Origin: Candidatus Bathyarchaeota archaeon
GTDB lineage: Archaea > Thermoproteota > Bathyarchaeia > Bathyarchaeales > Bathycorpusculaceae
Length of the DNA stretch: 64,000 nucleotides
Assembly (NCBI GenBank): GCA_963768425.1
Contig: CAVYHV010000010.1
Location: 32,001-96,000, forward strand
Direction of reading: 5' to 3'
Shown here in pieces: positions 52,014 through 61,773 of the stretch (its first letter is position 1; each line of letters begins with the position of its first letter). Position numbers and translations under genes: made by a program. The notes below the pieces were generated by a model, which made no database searches, was not told the origin of the DNA, and was given only the letters and a program-made list of their open reading frames with translations.

Positions 52014-52781
52014 TTATTCAGTTTTGCTTGTTTCACCTTTCGACGCTGAATTCCAAATCAGCTCAAAATGACTTTGAATTACGCCAACGAAATAGGCATT
52101 GTCTGACCACAAGTATTTAGCTCTTTGAAAATCAATGGTTGTTCCAAAGAATATTTCTTTCTTGTCTATTATTACCGCCGCGGCTGGAATAGGGGACGTA
52201 GCATACCGTATCTTAAAACATGAGTTCTCGGTAAGAGCCTGAGGGACCTCCAACTGTAACTGTTTGTCTTTAGGGTTTTCCATAAGATATCGAAACCTAA
52301 CACCCCTTCCCGCTGCTTTCTCTAGAACTTCTTCACTTGAAACAATCACTTGTTTGAAAATCCCAGGTGTTATGAACGAATCGACAGCAGTTGACGCATT
52401 ATTGATGGCCTCTTCTATTCTAAGAACACGCGCTTGTCTTTCGGATAGCAAAAGAAATTGAGCCCCTTCTTCATGGTGCACAGTTCCATTGTAGTTATGG
52501 TCTAAATCTTGAAGTAAACTTCTTGTCCTTATTTGTAATTCATCGTATTCGGCAGTCTTACGTTTCATCAATATGTTTAGACTGTTTTTTATAGGAGTGG
52601 CTCTGAACATAACCGGCTTGGTTATCGCTTTCTCACATAAACCCATTTTTTCCAGAATGGACACAACTGTGTAGACATCTTGGCGCGCGACCTTTGACAC
52701 TTGCGAAATCGTTTTGGCGGTTGACATTCCAGAAATTAAAAGAGCTAGGTAAACTTTTGCCTGCCTATGCGATAGCCCCAA
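52014..52781 (-). CDS. TrmB-family transcriptional regulator
   Basis: GLSHRQAKVYLAL..ARQDVY..KPVMFRATP. The frame is open to a CTG at 52838 that lies behind an AGGAGG RBS. Confidence 0.85.
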   Translation of the reverse strand: MGLSHRQAKVYLALLISGMSTAKTISQVSKVARQDVYTVVSILEKMGLCEKAITKPVMFRATPIKNSLNILMKRKTAEYDELQIRTRSLLQDLDHNYNGTVHHEEGAQFLLLSERQARVLRIEEAINNASTAVDSFITPGIFKQVIVSSEEVLEKAAGRGVRFRYLMENPKDKQLQLEVPQALTENSCFKIRYATSPIPAAAVIIDKKEIFFGTTIDFQRAKYLWSDNAYFVGVIQSHFELIWNSASKGETSKTE

Positions 52782-52978
52782 CTGCTTTAGGGTCTGTATG
52801 TGTTCATGTAGAAGCTTGATGTTTTCCAGCTCTTTCAGAGAGATTTAATCCTCCTTCTTTTGCTTGAATTTGCTGATCGGGGCTTTGGTATTTGTCCCTC
52901 GGACTTCGTGCTACACATAATTAAATGTAAGTAACGAATTATATTTTTCCCCTAATAGGTTTCTGGAGAGTTTTAGAC

Positions 52979-53368
52979 ATGACAAAACCTCTCAATCTGA
53001 ACAAGTTAGCTATTGGGAAATCAACCGAAGAAAAAATTTTAGCGCCGGTTCCATATACCAATGGTTTTCATTTCTTTACAAACACAGGCCAATACACAGG
53101 AGAAACCGCTGTTAGTTTGGCAACCTTCGCCAAAGAAGTTGAAGTCGCACCAATTGAGTCGATTGATTTTCATTTCAAAAGGGCTGACTTTCAAAAGTGG
53201 ATATCAGAAACTGTTGGAGACGCTGAATTGGCAACAGCAATCGGACAAATTGAAAAAGAACTTAATGGAGAGCCGTTGAGAAGAAGAATTCTCAAGATCG
53301 TGAATGAACGCGTAAGTGAACTTGAGAGGCAAATTCAACATGCAAGCATCCCGGGTAGCAAGAAATAA
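52979..53368 (+). CDS. DUF5752-like protein
   Basis: GFHFF..TGETAVSL..SIDFHFKRADFQKWI..GDAELA. Confidence 0.7.
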   Translation: MTKPLNLNKLAIGKSTEEKILAPVPYTNGFHFFTNTGQYTGETAVSLATFAKEVEVAPIESIDFHFKRADFQKWISETVGDAELATAIGQIEKELNGEPLRRRILKIVNERVSELERQIQHASIPGSKK

Positions 53369-53393
53369 CTAATCAAACAGGTTGGCGATTTTT

Positions 53394-53984
53394 ATGGTGG
53401 TGGCTTTTGATTTTCTGGATGTTATGGCGTGGGATGTTTCTCTAAGCGCGTTCTTATTATGCATGGGAGCGATTATGCTTCGTTACAAGGTTCAATCAGG
53501 TTTAATTGATGAAAACACTGGAAATTCAGGAAAGGGATTCGCAATCGCTGCAGGAGCAGCGGGATCTTACCTGTTTCTGTCAGGCATGGTAATCAGTTTC
53601 AAGTGGGTCTTCGCTCTTTCAGGCGGAGTGTACAATGTACTCTTCGGCGGAATTGCTACGCTTGGGGGGTTGGTGCTTTTGACGGGCGCAATCGCGTTAT
53701 TCTTGAATGTCAACCTGAAACCTGTTTCTTACTTCGCCGCTGTGGTAGGCTTGTACGCTTTTGTAGATGCATATTCTATGTTAAAATACAGCCTTACCTC
53801 CAATCCGTTGCTTTCCGCCTTAGGATACATGTCTTTCGCTGCCCCTGCACTTCTATCTGTCCCCGCAACTCATCTGGAAAATAAGTGGTGGAAATGGCTC
53901 TTCGTGATATTCTCTCTGTTGTTTGCAATCGCATGGCTCTACCAAGCAGCTAACTTCACATACGCGCATCTAAACCCCTCATAA
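53394..53984 (+). CDS. DUF981-like membrane protein
   Basis: DFL..W..YNVLFG; about 6 TM helices. Confidence 0.6.
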   Translation: MVVAFDFLDVMAWDVSLSAFLLCMGAIMLRYKVQSGLIDENTGNSGKGFAIAAGAAGSYLFLSGMVISFKWVFALSGGVYNVLFGGIATLGGLVLLTGAIALFLNVNLKPVSYFAAVVGLYAFVDAYSMLKYSLTSNPLLSALGYMSFAAPALLSVPATHLENKWWKWLFVIFSLLFAIAWLYQAANFTYAHLNPS

Positions 53985-54129
53985 GCCTGTTGGAAAAAAT
54001 GGAAATGAAACAAGAAAGAAAAGTTAAACGCTGGCGAGAATATTTTTTTGCGCAAAAGATCCTTTTTGGAAAGATTTATGGATTTTTGGGAATGGTAACT
54101 GTGAGTTCTGAAGTGCATCTTTATGGCTA

Positions 54130-55080
54130 GTGACCGATGGCTATCTTGAGTGGAATGAACTGACATATCAAACGTATTTTGATGAAACAAGAAAGGAGAT
54201 GGATTCTGAGATTTCGAGTCTTATCCGAAAAGTCGCGGATCTAAGGCTTCACGACAAAATCGTTTACGTGTTGCAGACTCGGGGAAAACTGTTAAGACCA
54301 ACATTAGTCTTGCTCTGTGGTCAGAGCGTAGGAGCAGACAAAGGGCCTTTGAAAAAGCTGGCTTTGGCCATCGAGTTGTTACATGAAGCTACACTGGTTC
54401 ATGATGATATTCTGGACAACGACAGTTTTAGAAGGAATGCTGTTGCTGTTCATGCTAAATGGGGCGTTAGAGACGCAATTTTGGTCGGGGACGCATTAGC
54501 GGCTCTTTCGCTTAACTTGGCTGCTGAATACGGTAAGGAAATCTCCAAAATAGTTTCGCAGACGTGCCTATTGCTTTGCGACGGGGAGTACATGGATGCT
54601 TCGATGGCTAATGCTGAGTTGTCTGAACGCGATTATTTTGAGAAAATTACTAAGAAGTCTGCCTCCCTCTTTAAGGTAGCAACTCTATGCGGCGCTATCG
54701 CGGGAGGAGGGTCCTCGCTTGAAAAAGATTCTTTGGCAGAATTTGGTGAAAAACTCGGAATAGCATACCAAATCCGGGATGATCTCTCTGATGTAACCAC
54801 ATTAAAAGAAGATTTAGCTCTCAACCTTAATGACTTCCAGACGCTTCCACTAATTCACATGAAAAACGAAGAAAAGGGGTCAAAAATAGAAGAGAATATA
54901 GAGCAAAAAATCATTCCAAAAGAACTCTGCGAACGATTGAAGGATACAGGTTCTCTGAATTATTGTACCAATAAAATTAACGAATACCTCGATGGAGCTG
55001 TTGTCAGCCTAGAATCACTTAAGAGAAGCGTTTACAAAAAGTATTTGGTCGAACTCGCGGAGTCGCTCAGGCACTCTTAA
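54130..55080 (+). CDS. Polyprenyl diphosphate synthase
   Basis: GKLLRP, FARM HDDILD..RR, SARM YQIRDDLSD. Confidence 0.9.
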   Translation: MTDGYLEWNELTYQTYFDETRKEMDSEISSLIRKVADLRLHDKIVYVLQTRGKLLRPTLVLLCGQSVGADKGPLKKLALAIELLHEATLVHDDILDNDSFRRNAVAVHAKWGVRDAILVGDALAALSLNLAAEYGKEISKIVSQTCLLLCDGEYMDASMANAELSERDYFEKITKKSASLFKVATLCGAIAGGGSSLEKDSLAEFGEKLGIAYQIRDDLSDVTTLKEDLALNLNDFQTLPLIHMKNEEKGSKIEENIEQKIIPKELCERLKDTGSLNYCTNKINEYLDGAVVSLESLKRSVYKKYLVELAESLRHS

Positions 55081-55448
55081 AGGCGGATGTCCGTAATGTC
55101 GCGCAGGTTTATTTTTAGTAGCACAGCTGAAAAGTACGACCTGCAAAAAAGAACTGCTTGCAATCGTACAAACAATGCAGAACCGAACTCAAGCTAGAAC
55201 TCCATATCGATTGAGCCACACGCATTCTTAGCCGTAAAGTTTACTTCTTTTCAGCGCGCGCACTCTGAAAGAAAAGATCTTAATGCTAAAATAGGATTCG
55301 CTCAAATAACAGACTGTGCAAAAACTCAAATTAGATTTTGAAAATTGCGACTTATATGTGAAAATATGTCCTAAATGTCTATTATATTGAATTAAAAATA
55401 GCAATTTTCTGGAAATGAAATTAGTTTTTACACAGTCTCATAATTAGG

Positions 55449-55466
55449 CGAATCCCAGCGGGCCCA
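55449..55466 (+). repeat. Possible tRNA 3'-end scar
   Basis: CGAAT-CCCAG-CGGGCCC-A has T-loop, T-stem, acceptor and discriminator geometry. Confidence 0.4.
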
Positions 55467-55540
55467 TTAAAAAATTATCTTCTAAGGGAAAGGATTCACT
55501 TAATGCATCGAGCACGACTCTGATTTTCGAACTACTTTAC

Positions 55541-56458
55541 TTAGTTTTGGTCCTTGGTTCTCTCAAGAACTCTTCGAATAGCCGAGACAACACGATCAGG
55601 TCGATCTTCTTGAACAGAGTGTGAAGCATCATCAAGGGTCTCAGTTTCCTGCATCTTGAGAAATCCTTGCCACTTTTTCAGGTCTTTAGGTCCGAAACCG
55701 GGATCGTTCTTTTCCCCCCAGAGGATTTGTGTTGGCAGGTCACTAAGAATCGGGAGTTTTGACTCAATCTCTTTCAGCCACGCGTGTGCTTTTCGGATTT
55801 GCCCCGGGAAAATATAGGTGGGTTTTCTTGAGTTCACCGTCGGGAATGGGTCGGTGTAGGCTTTTCTCAAACTAGGTGTGACCTTTTCTTTGTGAAAAAT
55901 CCCGTCAGGTAACATAGCTTTTGCAAAGTAATTCCGGCGTGTTTGAAGCCAGTATCCAATGGGCCATCCTCCCATCACAAGTGAGAATAGTCTTTGAAGA
56001 AAGGATGCGGGCCATGCCCAAGTGTTCATCACAACAAGGCCGCGAAGGTTGGATCTATTCTGAACTGCATAGTTCATACCGATGGGTCCACCCCAATCTT
56101 GAACCACAAGGACGATGTTCTTTAATTCCAAGCGATGGACCAATTCGAAGACCGCCTCTGATTGTTCTTTGGGTGTAAACCCATATTGAGAAGGTGCTTT
56201 TGACATCCCGAATCCCGGATAATCCAAAGCAATTAAGCGACATTCTCCTCGCAATTCCATGATGATATTTCTGTAAATATATGACCATGTGGGATTTCCG
56301 TGAAGAAGCAGTACGGTGGGTCCTTTTCCTTCATCAACAAAATGAATATACCCATCACGATAGGATAGCCAATTGTCACTAAACGGGTATTCTGAGTCAT
56401 CAACTTCGAATGGCCTTTTCATAGCGTCTAATCCTTCAGTCATAATTTTTAACCTCAC
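55541..56458 (-). CDS. Haloalkane dehalogenase-family alpha/beta hydrolase
   Basis: HGNPTWSY, QDWGG nucleophile, MNTW and HSVQED motifs. Confidence 0.9.
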   Translation of the reverse strand: MRLKIMTEGLDAMKRPFEVDDSEYPFSDNWLSYRDGYIHFVDEGKGPTVLLLHGNPTWSYIYRNIIMELRGECRLIALDYPGFGMSKAPSQYGFTPKEQSEAVFELVHRLELKNIVLVVQDWGGPIGMNYAVQNRSNLRGLVVMNTWAWPASFLQRLFSLVMGGWPIGYWLQTRRNYFAKAMLPDGIFHKEKVTPSLRKAYTDPFPTVNSRKPTYIFPGQIRKAHAWLKEIESKLPILSDLPTQILWGEKNDPGFGPKDLKKWQGFLKMQETETLDDASHSVQEDRPDRVVSAIRRVLERTKDQN

Positions 56459-56861
56459 ACAAACACAGACTGGTTCAGGAGTGAAAACCCGTATTCTCGA
56501 ATTTCTTCGAGTTCGGCTGTTTCCTTTCCCGTCTACTTAGCGATTTCATTCTGCAGACTAAGATAGGGAACTTACGACTATAAATGTTGGCTACATAATG
56601 AAGATATGATTGTTGTTTGCACAATGAATTCTATCGGACCATCAAATATTACCATGGCTCCCCAGTTTACGTTTCCTCCATACTTCACAAACAGGCTTTT
56701 GCAGTTTAGATATTCAACGTCAATAGCGCACTCAATCTCGCCGACTTTCTTGGCCCACAACAAGAGTTTGGTTTTGGACAAGAACCTGTTCAGAACTGCA
56801 ACTCGGCGACCGCACCAATTCACTTTTTTACAGTTTAAGTGCCGTGAAAAAAGATAAAGAT

Positions 56862-58119
56862 TTTAAACTTTAAAAGTTTTAAGATTTACAATCATCATTG
56901 CTCACGCGTTTTCAACCATTCACCAAAGAGGTTATCGGTCAGCCTATAAACTCCTCTTCCTTTTCTCACGATAATGCCTTTACCGACAAGCAAGTTTAAG
57001 GAAGAGCCGACAGTGTCCTTATCCATGAACTGCTGAGCTGCAATCTCGCTTGGTTTAATACCTGAAAATCGGGAAAGTGCTCTTAGCACCTTAACCTCAG
57101 AGGGTGTTAAGTCATCAACGAATTCCTTGAAAGAAAGCTCGCCCTCTTTTTGAAGAACTGTATTAACCACTCGCGTTATTTTTTCTGAATCAAGATCGTT
57201 TAGTCCCTCCAGTTGGATCTCACTTCCGAGTAGTTGTAAGTTGTAAGGAATGCCACTTGTAATTTGATGAAATTCTTCCAACACAGCTTTATTCGTGGGT
57301 CTCAAGTTCGGCAAATAGTGATGGAGAAACTCTTGTAATTCATATTCTTCGAAGGGTTCAATTTCACGCAAGAGAAGCTGCCTATAGAAGGGTGCACTCT
57401 GTTTGGCCACCAGATTCCTCATTGTCTGGCGGTAAGAACCTGAAATAACAAGCTTTGTATGCTTAAAGTCTTCGTAAAGCGTTCGTATTAACTTGATAAT
57501 GCTGAGGCCAATTTTTTGGTTTTTTGCTCCATATGTAAGCTCTACCATCGAAGGAAACTCGTCAATAATCAGGACAGAGGTCGTTCTGGTCATTTCTCCA
57601 AGATGCTCAATCAGGGAAAAACATCCTGTCAATGCAGCATCCACATCAGTCCCTTCTCTTCTTACAAATGATATTGATAGCTCAAGGTCATTCGCGACTT
57701 TAGCCGATAATTTTAGGCTCTGTAGAAATCGAGCCAGCGCCACTTTACCAGTTGCAAGCAGTTCTTCAAACTTAAATTTGGTTGGCAACCTGTCCTGATA
57801 GGCATTAATTGCAGCTCGATTCAAAACATTAACTAGCTCATCTATTGTGTTGGGTGAGACGCGCCATATCGACATATAAATTATGCGGACTTGTTTGCAT
57901 TCAGCTAACCTACGTTCAACTTCTTTTAGAATACTTGTTTTTCCAACCCTTCGAATTCCTAATAGTGAGAAGCCAATTTTATTTTTGGAAGTTAGCTGTT
58001 TGACTAATTCTGAGGTTATCTTCTTTCTTCCAACAAAATCATCTGCTGTGGCAGGAGTAAGAGTGAAAGCCATTTGTTCAACCTTGTAAATATTACAAGG
58101 TTTAAACTTTAAAAGTTTT
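56862..58119. repeat. 19-bp direct repeat with palindromic core on both sides of the AAA ATPase gene
   Basis: TTTAAACTTTAAAAGTTTT at 56862-56880 and 58101-58119. Confidence 0.7.
56895..58073 (-). CDS. Archaeal AAA ATPase with C-terminal wHTH
   Basis: FVGR, Walker A GIRRVGKT, Walker B IIDEFP, SGS, GIPYNLQ and YRLTDNLFGEWL. Confidence 0.9.
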   Translation of the reverse strand: MAFTLTPATADDFVGRKKITSELVKQLTSKNKIGFSLLGIRRVGKTSILKEVERRLAECKQVRIIYMSIWRVSPNTIDELVNVLNRAAINAYQDRLPTKFKFEELLATGKVALARFLQSLKLSAKVANDLELSISFVRREGTDVDAALTGCFSLIEHLGEMTRTTSVLIIDEFPSMVELTYGAKNQKIGLSIIKLIRTLYEDFKHTKLVISGSYRQTMRNLVAKQSAPFYRQLLLREIEPFEEYELQEFLHHYLPNLRPTNKAVLEEFHQITSGIPYNLQLLGSEIQLEGLNDLDSEKITRVVNTVLQKEGELSFKEFVDDLTPSEVKVLRALSRFSGIKPSEIAAQQFMDKDTVGSSLNLLVGKGIIVRKGRGVYRLTDNLFGEWLKTREQ

Positions 58120-58268
58120 TGCTGGGAAATAAGAGGGGTTGATTGGAGATTTGATAAGTTTGGAACTACAATCAATTGTTGAATTATTTTTTATTGTATT
58201 TTTATTCCCAGTCCTGCCTGTAATCAGAGGTTTTTTCAACCCGACAGGAGAATATGGACTTATCTTGC

Positions 58269-58344
58269 GCGGTTGTCGTCTAATCTGGTTTAGGACATTA
58301 GCCTTCCAAACTAATGTTCCCTAGTCCAAATCCCGGCAACCGCA
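58269..58344 (+). pseudogene. Decayed tRNA-Gly(TCC)
   Basis: Perfect GCGGTTG/CAACCGC acceptor stem; TTAGC-CT-TCC-AA-ACTAA arm with one mismatch; T arm destroyed (CCCTA-GTCCAAAT-CCCGG). Confidence 0.8.
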
Positions 58345-58382
58345 TCACAACCAATCTTTGACCTTTGCTTCTTTCATTTCAT

Positions 58383-59162
58383 TTAGTTGACCACTTTTCT
58401 GAATTGGTATAGGGTGGCGCCGAAAGTGAGAATGGCCATCAACCCGATAACCGCGTAAGCGTACCCAAATGTACTCCAACTCAAACCGCCCTGAACCAGC
58501 CCTCTTGTCACGTTAGAAACATAACTTAGCGGGTTGTAGTCAGATACGGTCCGTGCCCAAGCTGGCATGATGGAAACTGGGAAAAGAGCGCTGCTTACAA
58601 AGAGAAGCGGAAAAACCAAGAGATTACCCACTGCTGACACTGTTTCTGCCTTCCTTGTCTTCAAGCCTACAGCAAGCAAGAGCCCTGACCAAGCAAGACC
58701 GAAAAAGGCAAGAGTTACAAAAATAAGCAAAAGCCCGCCAACCCCCGTTACAATGTTTAACCCCAACAGCAACGCCAACCCAATTATTATGGCAGACTGC
58801 ATAATCAACACCAGCAAATCAGTTGCCAAACGGCCAAGCAAAATTGCTGCCCTGCTAGAAGGAGTTAGAAGTACCTTTGATAGGAAACCGGAATTAAGAT
58901 CATTTACAATAGACATACCTGACTGAAACGCGCCTGTAACAACTGTCAACACTAAGATTCCTGGAGTAAGGTATGTTAGATAGTTCCCCGACGGGCCTAA
59001 GAAAACGGAGAGTTTTTGCAGTAGCTGCGAAAAGAGGAGGAGGAACAGCAATGGTGTGAATAAATTGATGAAAAGAAGTGTGGGATTCCTTATTATTTTT
59101 GTGAAGGCTCTTATGAACAAGGATTGTGTATCATAAAGTAGGGTCATTTTTATTTGCCTCAC
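58383..59162 (-). CDS. ABC-2 exporter permease (DrrB-like)
   Basis: YLTPGIL, NPLSY; six TM helices. Confidence 0.9.
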   Translation of the reverse strand: MRQIKMTLLYDTQSLFIRAFTKIIRNPTLLFINLFTPLLFLLLFSQLLQKLSVFLGPSGNYLTYLTPGILVLTVVTGAFQSGMSIVNDLNSGFLSKVLLTPSSRAAILLGRLATDLLVLIMQSAIIIGLALLLGLNIVTGVGGLLLIFVTLAFFGLAWSGLLLAVGLKTRKAETVSAVGNLLVFPLLFVSSALFPVSIMPAWARTVSDYNPLSYVSNVTRGLVQGGLSWSTFGYAYAVIGLMAILTFGATLYQFRKVVN

Positions 59163-60154
59163 ATTAAGAATGCTTCGGTGGTTTTCCTACCGAGTTCTTC
59201 CGGTCTGATTCTTCTGCCAGTATGATGCAAGAAAACATCATCAAGGGTTGGAGAAGACATATTCAAGGAGGTCGGTCGCATATTATTGCGATCCAGTGCC
59301 GTAACTATGTCGGCTATTATCTCGTTTGCATTCTTCGCGTGGACAACAATACCCCCATCAGAATCAGTAACATCAGCAACTCCAGGGACTTCTTGAAGAA
59401 CTCTTTTTGTTTCAGATCTCAAAACTGGGTCTTTTGGGTTCTTAAACGAAAGAGTAATGCTGTCATGTCCGATTGCTTGCTTAAGCTCGGATGGTGACCC
59501 TTTAGCGATAATCTGGCCATGATCGATTATTGCGAGTTGCCGACAAAGTCTGTCTGCTTCCTCCAAATACTGTGTAGTTAAAAATATTGTTATTCCTTCG
59601 TCTCTGTTCAGCTGATCTAAGTAATCCCATATTGTTGCGCGTGATTGAGGATCAAGTCCAGTTGTGGGTTCATCCAGGAAAAGGAGTTTAGGCTTATGGA
59701 TTAATGCAGAGGCCAGATCAAGCCGTTTCTTCATGCCTCCAGAATATCTTCCTGCAGGTTTATCTGCGAATTCTTCAAGTTGCACCATCTTCAACAATTC
59801 ATCTACACGGTTTTCAAGAGGGCTTCCATGCATCTGTTCTAGACGTCCTTGAAGCCGAAGGTTTTCCTTGCCTGTTAGGTCGACGTCAACAATTGTTTCT
59901 TGGCTAAGTACTCCTATGACTTTGCAGATTTCCTTTGGTGACTGGTCTAAATCGTAACCTGCCACTTGGGCGTTGCCTGAGGTTTTTCTTAGGAGCGTGG
60001 TTAGGACTTTGATTGTAGTGCTTTTCCCCGCCCCGTTAGGTCCCAGAAATCCGAAAAACTCGCCTTCTTTGACGTCGAAGGAAATGCCGTCAACTGCTTT
60101 TGTCCCGTCGGGGTAGACTTGGATTAAGTTTTGCACTTTTATTATTTGCCGCAT
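59159..60154 (-). CDS. ABC-2 exporter ATPase (DrrA-like)
   Basis: [27 protein letters not shown] and PTLDDVF motifs. Confidence 0.95.
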   Translation of the reverse strand: MRQIIKVQNLIQVYPDGTKAVDGISFDVKEGEFFGFLGPNGAGKSTTIKVLTTLLRKTSGNAQVAGYDLDQSPKEICKVIGVLSQETIVDVDLTGKENLRLQGRLEQMHGSPLENRVDELLKMVQLEEFADKPAGRYSGGMKKRLDLASALIHKPKLLFLDEPTTGLDPQSRATIWDYLDQLNRDEGITIFLTTQYLEEADRLCRQLAIIDHGQIIAKGSPSELKQAIGHDSITLSFKNPKDPVLRSETKRVLQEVPGVADVTDSDGGIVVHAKNANEIIADIVTALDRNNMRPTSLNMSSPTLDDVFLHHTGRRIRPEELGRKTTEAFLM

Positions 60155-60156
60155 AG

Positions 60157-60184
60157 TTAGGTCAGCCTAATTAGGCTGACCTAA
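60157..60184. promoter_or_regulatory. Perfect 28-bp palindrome (two TTAGG-N4-CCTAA boxes), DtxR/SirR-like operator
   Basis: TTAGGTCAGCCTAATTAGGCTGACCTAA lies between a TATA-like element and the ATG at 60154. Confidence 0.7.
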
Positions 60185-60431
60185 GCTAGCGTACATGCAT
60201 AAAAATGTTTCGCCAAAAGCCACAAAACTTCCACACAGAAACACGAAAAAACCGCCAAGACTTTCCCCCCAAAAATGTTTAAACCTGACTAATGATCCCA
60301 GTCCAAATTCCTTTTTCGCATCGCAGCCCTTTTTTCATGTTGAAAAGTGTTTCAAAAAACTGTTTCACTTTTGTTTCAGCGAACTATCTTACTATTCGAA
60401 GCCTATAGTGTGTATTGAGGTGAAAAAGAAC

Positions 60432-60743
60432 ATGAATACCAAACTAATGGTTGCATTGGTCGTGGTTGGAGTGTTAGCTGTCACTGTGGTTGGCTTGGTT
60501 GCAGCGCAGGCAGCTTCAACACAGACGCCTAACGGAACAACGGGAACGGCTCAGAGCGGCGGCTTCTTCGGCTGGATGAGTAGATGCCTTGGATTCAGAG
60601 GAACACAATACTACGGAACTGGAACATCAGCCTATCAAAGTCTACCAGCAAACATAACGGTGACAAACCCAAACACAGGAACAACAACGACCTATCAAGG
60701 ATCCCTCGGCTACGGTGGATGCATGAGAGGACTCTTTCCATAA
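60432..60743 (+). CDS. Small secreted Gly/Thr-rich protein
   Basis: Signal peptide, GAGGTG RBS, WMSRC and GGCMRG motifs. Confidence 0.65.
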   Translation: MNTKLMVALVVVGVLAVTVVGLVAAQAASTQTPNGTTGTAQSGGFFGWMSRCLGFRGTQYYGTGTSAYQSLPANITVTNPNTGTTTTYQGSLGYGGCMRGLFP

Positions 60744-60827
60744 TTTTTCTATCTTTATTTTTATTGACTTAGAACTCAATGTTCGGCTAACAAAAGAAAC
60801 AGGAAAGGAAAAAAAGATGGATATTAT

Positions 60828-61265
60828 TTAAACGAACTTTAAGTCAAAGCTTATCGGAACTGCATCGCCCCATGACTGCCGTATTGGGCAAATCTTTTGA
60901 GCCATGCCGTAAACCGTGGTTGCTTTCTTTCTTTCACGCGCGTTGTCAGTTTCTAAACCAACGTTCATATTGAAGTGCACATTTGTGAAAATTAGTTTCT
61001 CCATGCCCTCGACGTTCATCTTAACGTTTGCCATAGTTTCAAGACATTTAAGACCTAGTTGACTGTTTTTTGCTATCAATAGAAACAACGTGTTTATGCA
61101 CGAAGCCAATGCGGCTGCAAAAATGTCTTCGGGTACGCAGTAGCCTTCTTTTCCTCCAAATGATGGCGGTGGACTAACGGTTACAAGTTTTTTGCCTTTA
61201 ATGGAGAGTTCGCATTCGGTTGCTCCTTTCCATGTGGCTGTTCCTTCAAAATTCATTTCTGGCAT
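60828..61265 (-). CDS. OsmC/Ohr-family protein
   Basis: PEDIFAAALASC and AQKICPI two-Cys motifs. Confidence 0.85.
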   Translation of the reverse strand: MPEMNFEGTATWKGATECELSIKGKKLVTVSPPPSFGGKEGYCVPEDIFAAALASCINTLFLLIAKNSQLGLKCLETMANVKMNVEGMEKLIFTNVHFNMNVGLETDNARERKKATTVYGMAQKICPIRQSWGDAVPISFDLKFV

Positions 61266-61290
61266 AAAATCACCTTTTTAAATTCTCCTA

Positions 61291-61737
61291 TTAAGCTTTT
61301 ATTTCGTAAACCATGTCACAGTCCCCTGTTGGACCTGGCTTTCGAATTTCCTTTAGACGAACATTACGAATTTTCAAGTTTTCGTTGACTGCACCCACGG
61401 GGAACATTGATATTGCACAAGCTGGCGTTATTCCGTGTCGTTCTTTTACGAGTTTGCCGTGGCAGATGTAGCATCCTCTAAACTTCAAAATGTATTCTTG
61501 GCTCTGTTTCTCAAAGCTGATGGCCTTGGCCAGTTTTAGGTCATTTTGCAAGCAGTTAGCAATTTTTGCCATCAAGTCTTCGGATGTTTGTGCCGTTGGA
61601 ATCGTTTTAGCCCAAGTCCTTCCCTGCGTCATACTTGCCTTAGCAAACACTTTTTGATTGTCTTCGCCTAGAGCTCCCTGAATTGAGCATAGAACTTCTA
61701 AGACAGGTCTTTGAGGAATCATTTTTTCTTCGGACAT
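61291..61737 (-). CDS. MetOD1/V4R-like Cys-containing domain protein
   Basis: GRTWA, RGCYIC, CAI and GDCDMVY motifs. Confidence 0.55.
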   Translation of the reverse strand: MSEEKMIPQRPVLEVLCSIQGALGEDNQKVFAKASMTQGRTWAKTIPTAQTSEDLMAKIANCLQNDLKLAKAISFEKQSQEYILKFRGCYICHGKLVKERHGITPACAISMFPVGAVNENLKIRNVRLKEIRKPGPTGDCDMVYEIKA

Positions 61738-61773
61738 GTTTTTGTCTCCTTTTTCTGAAGCAAGCTACCTTTG

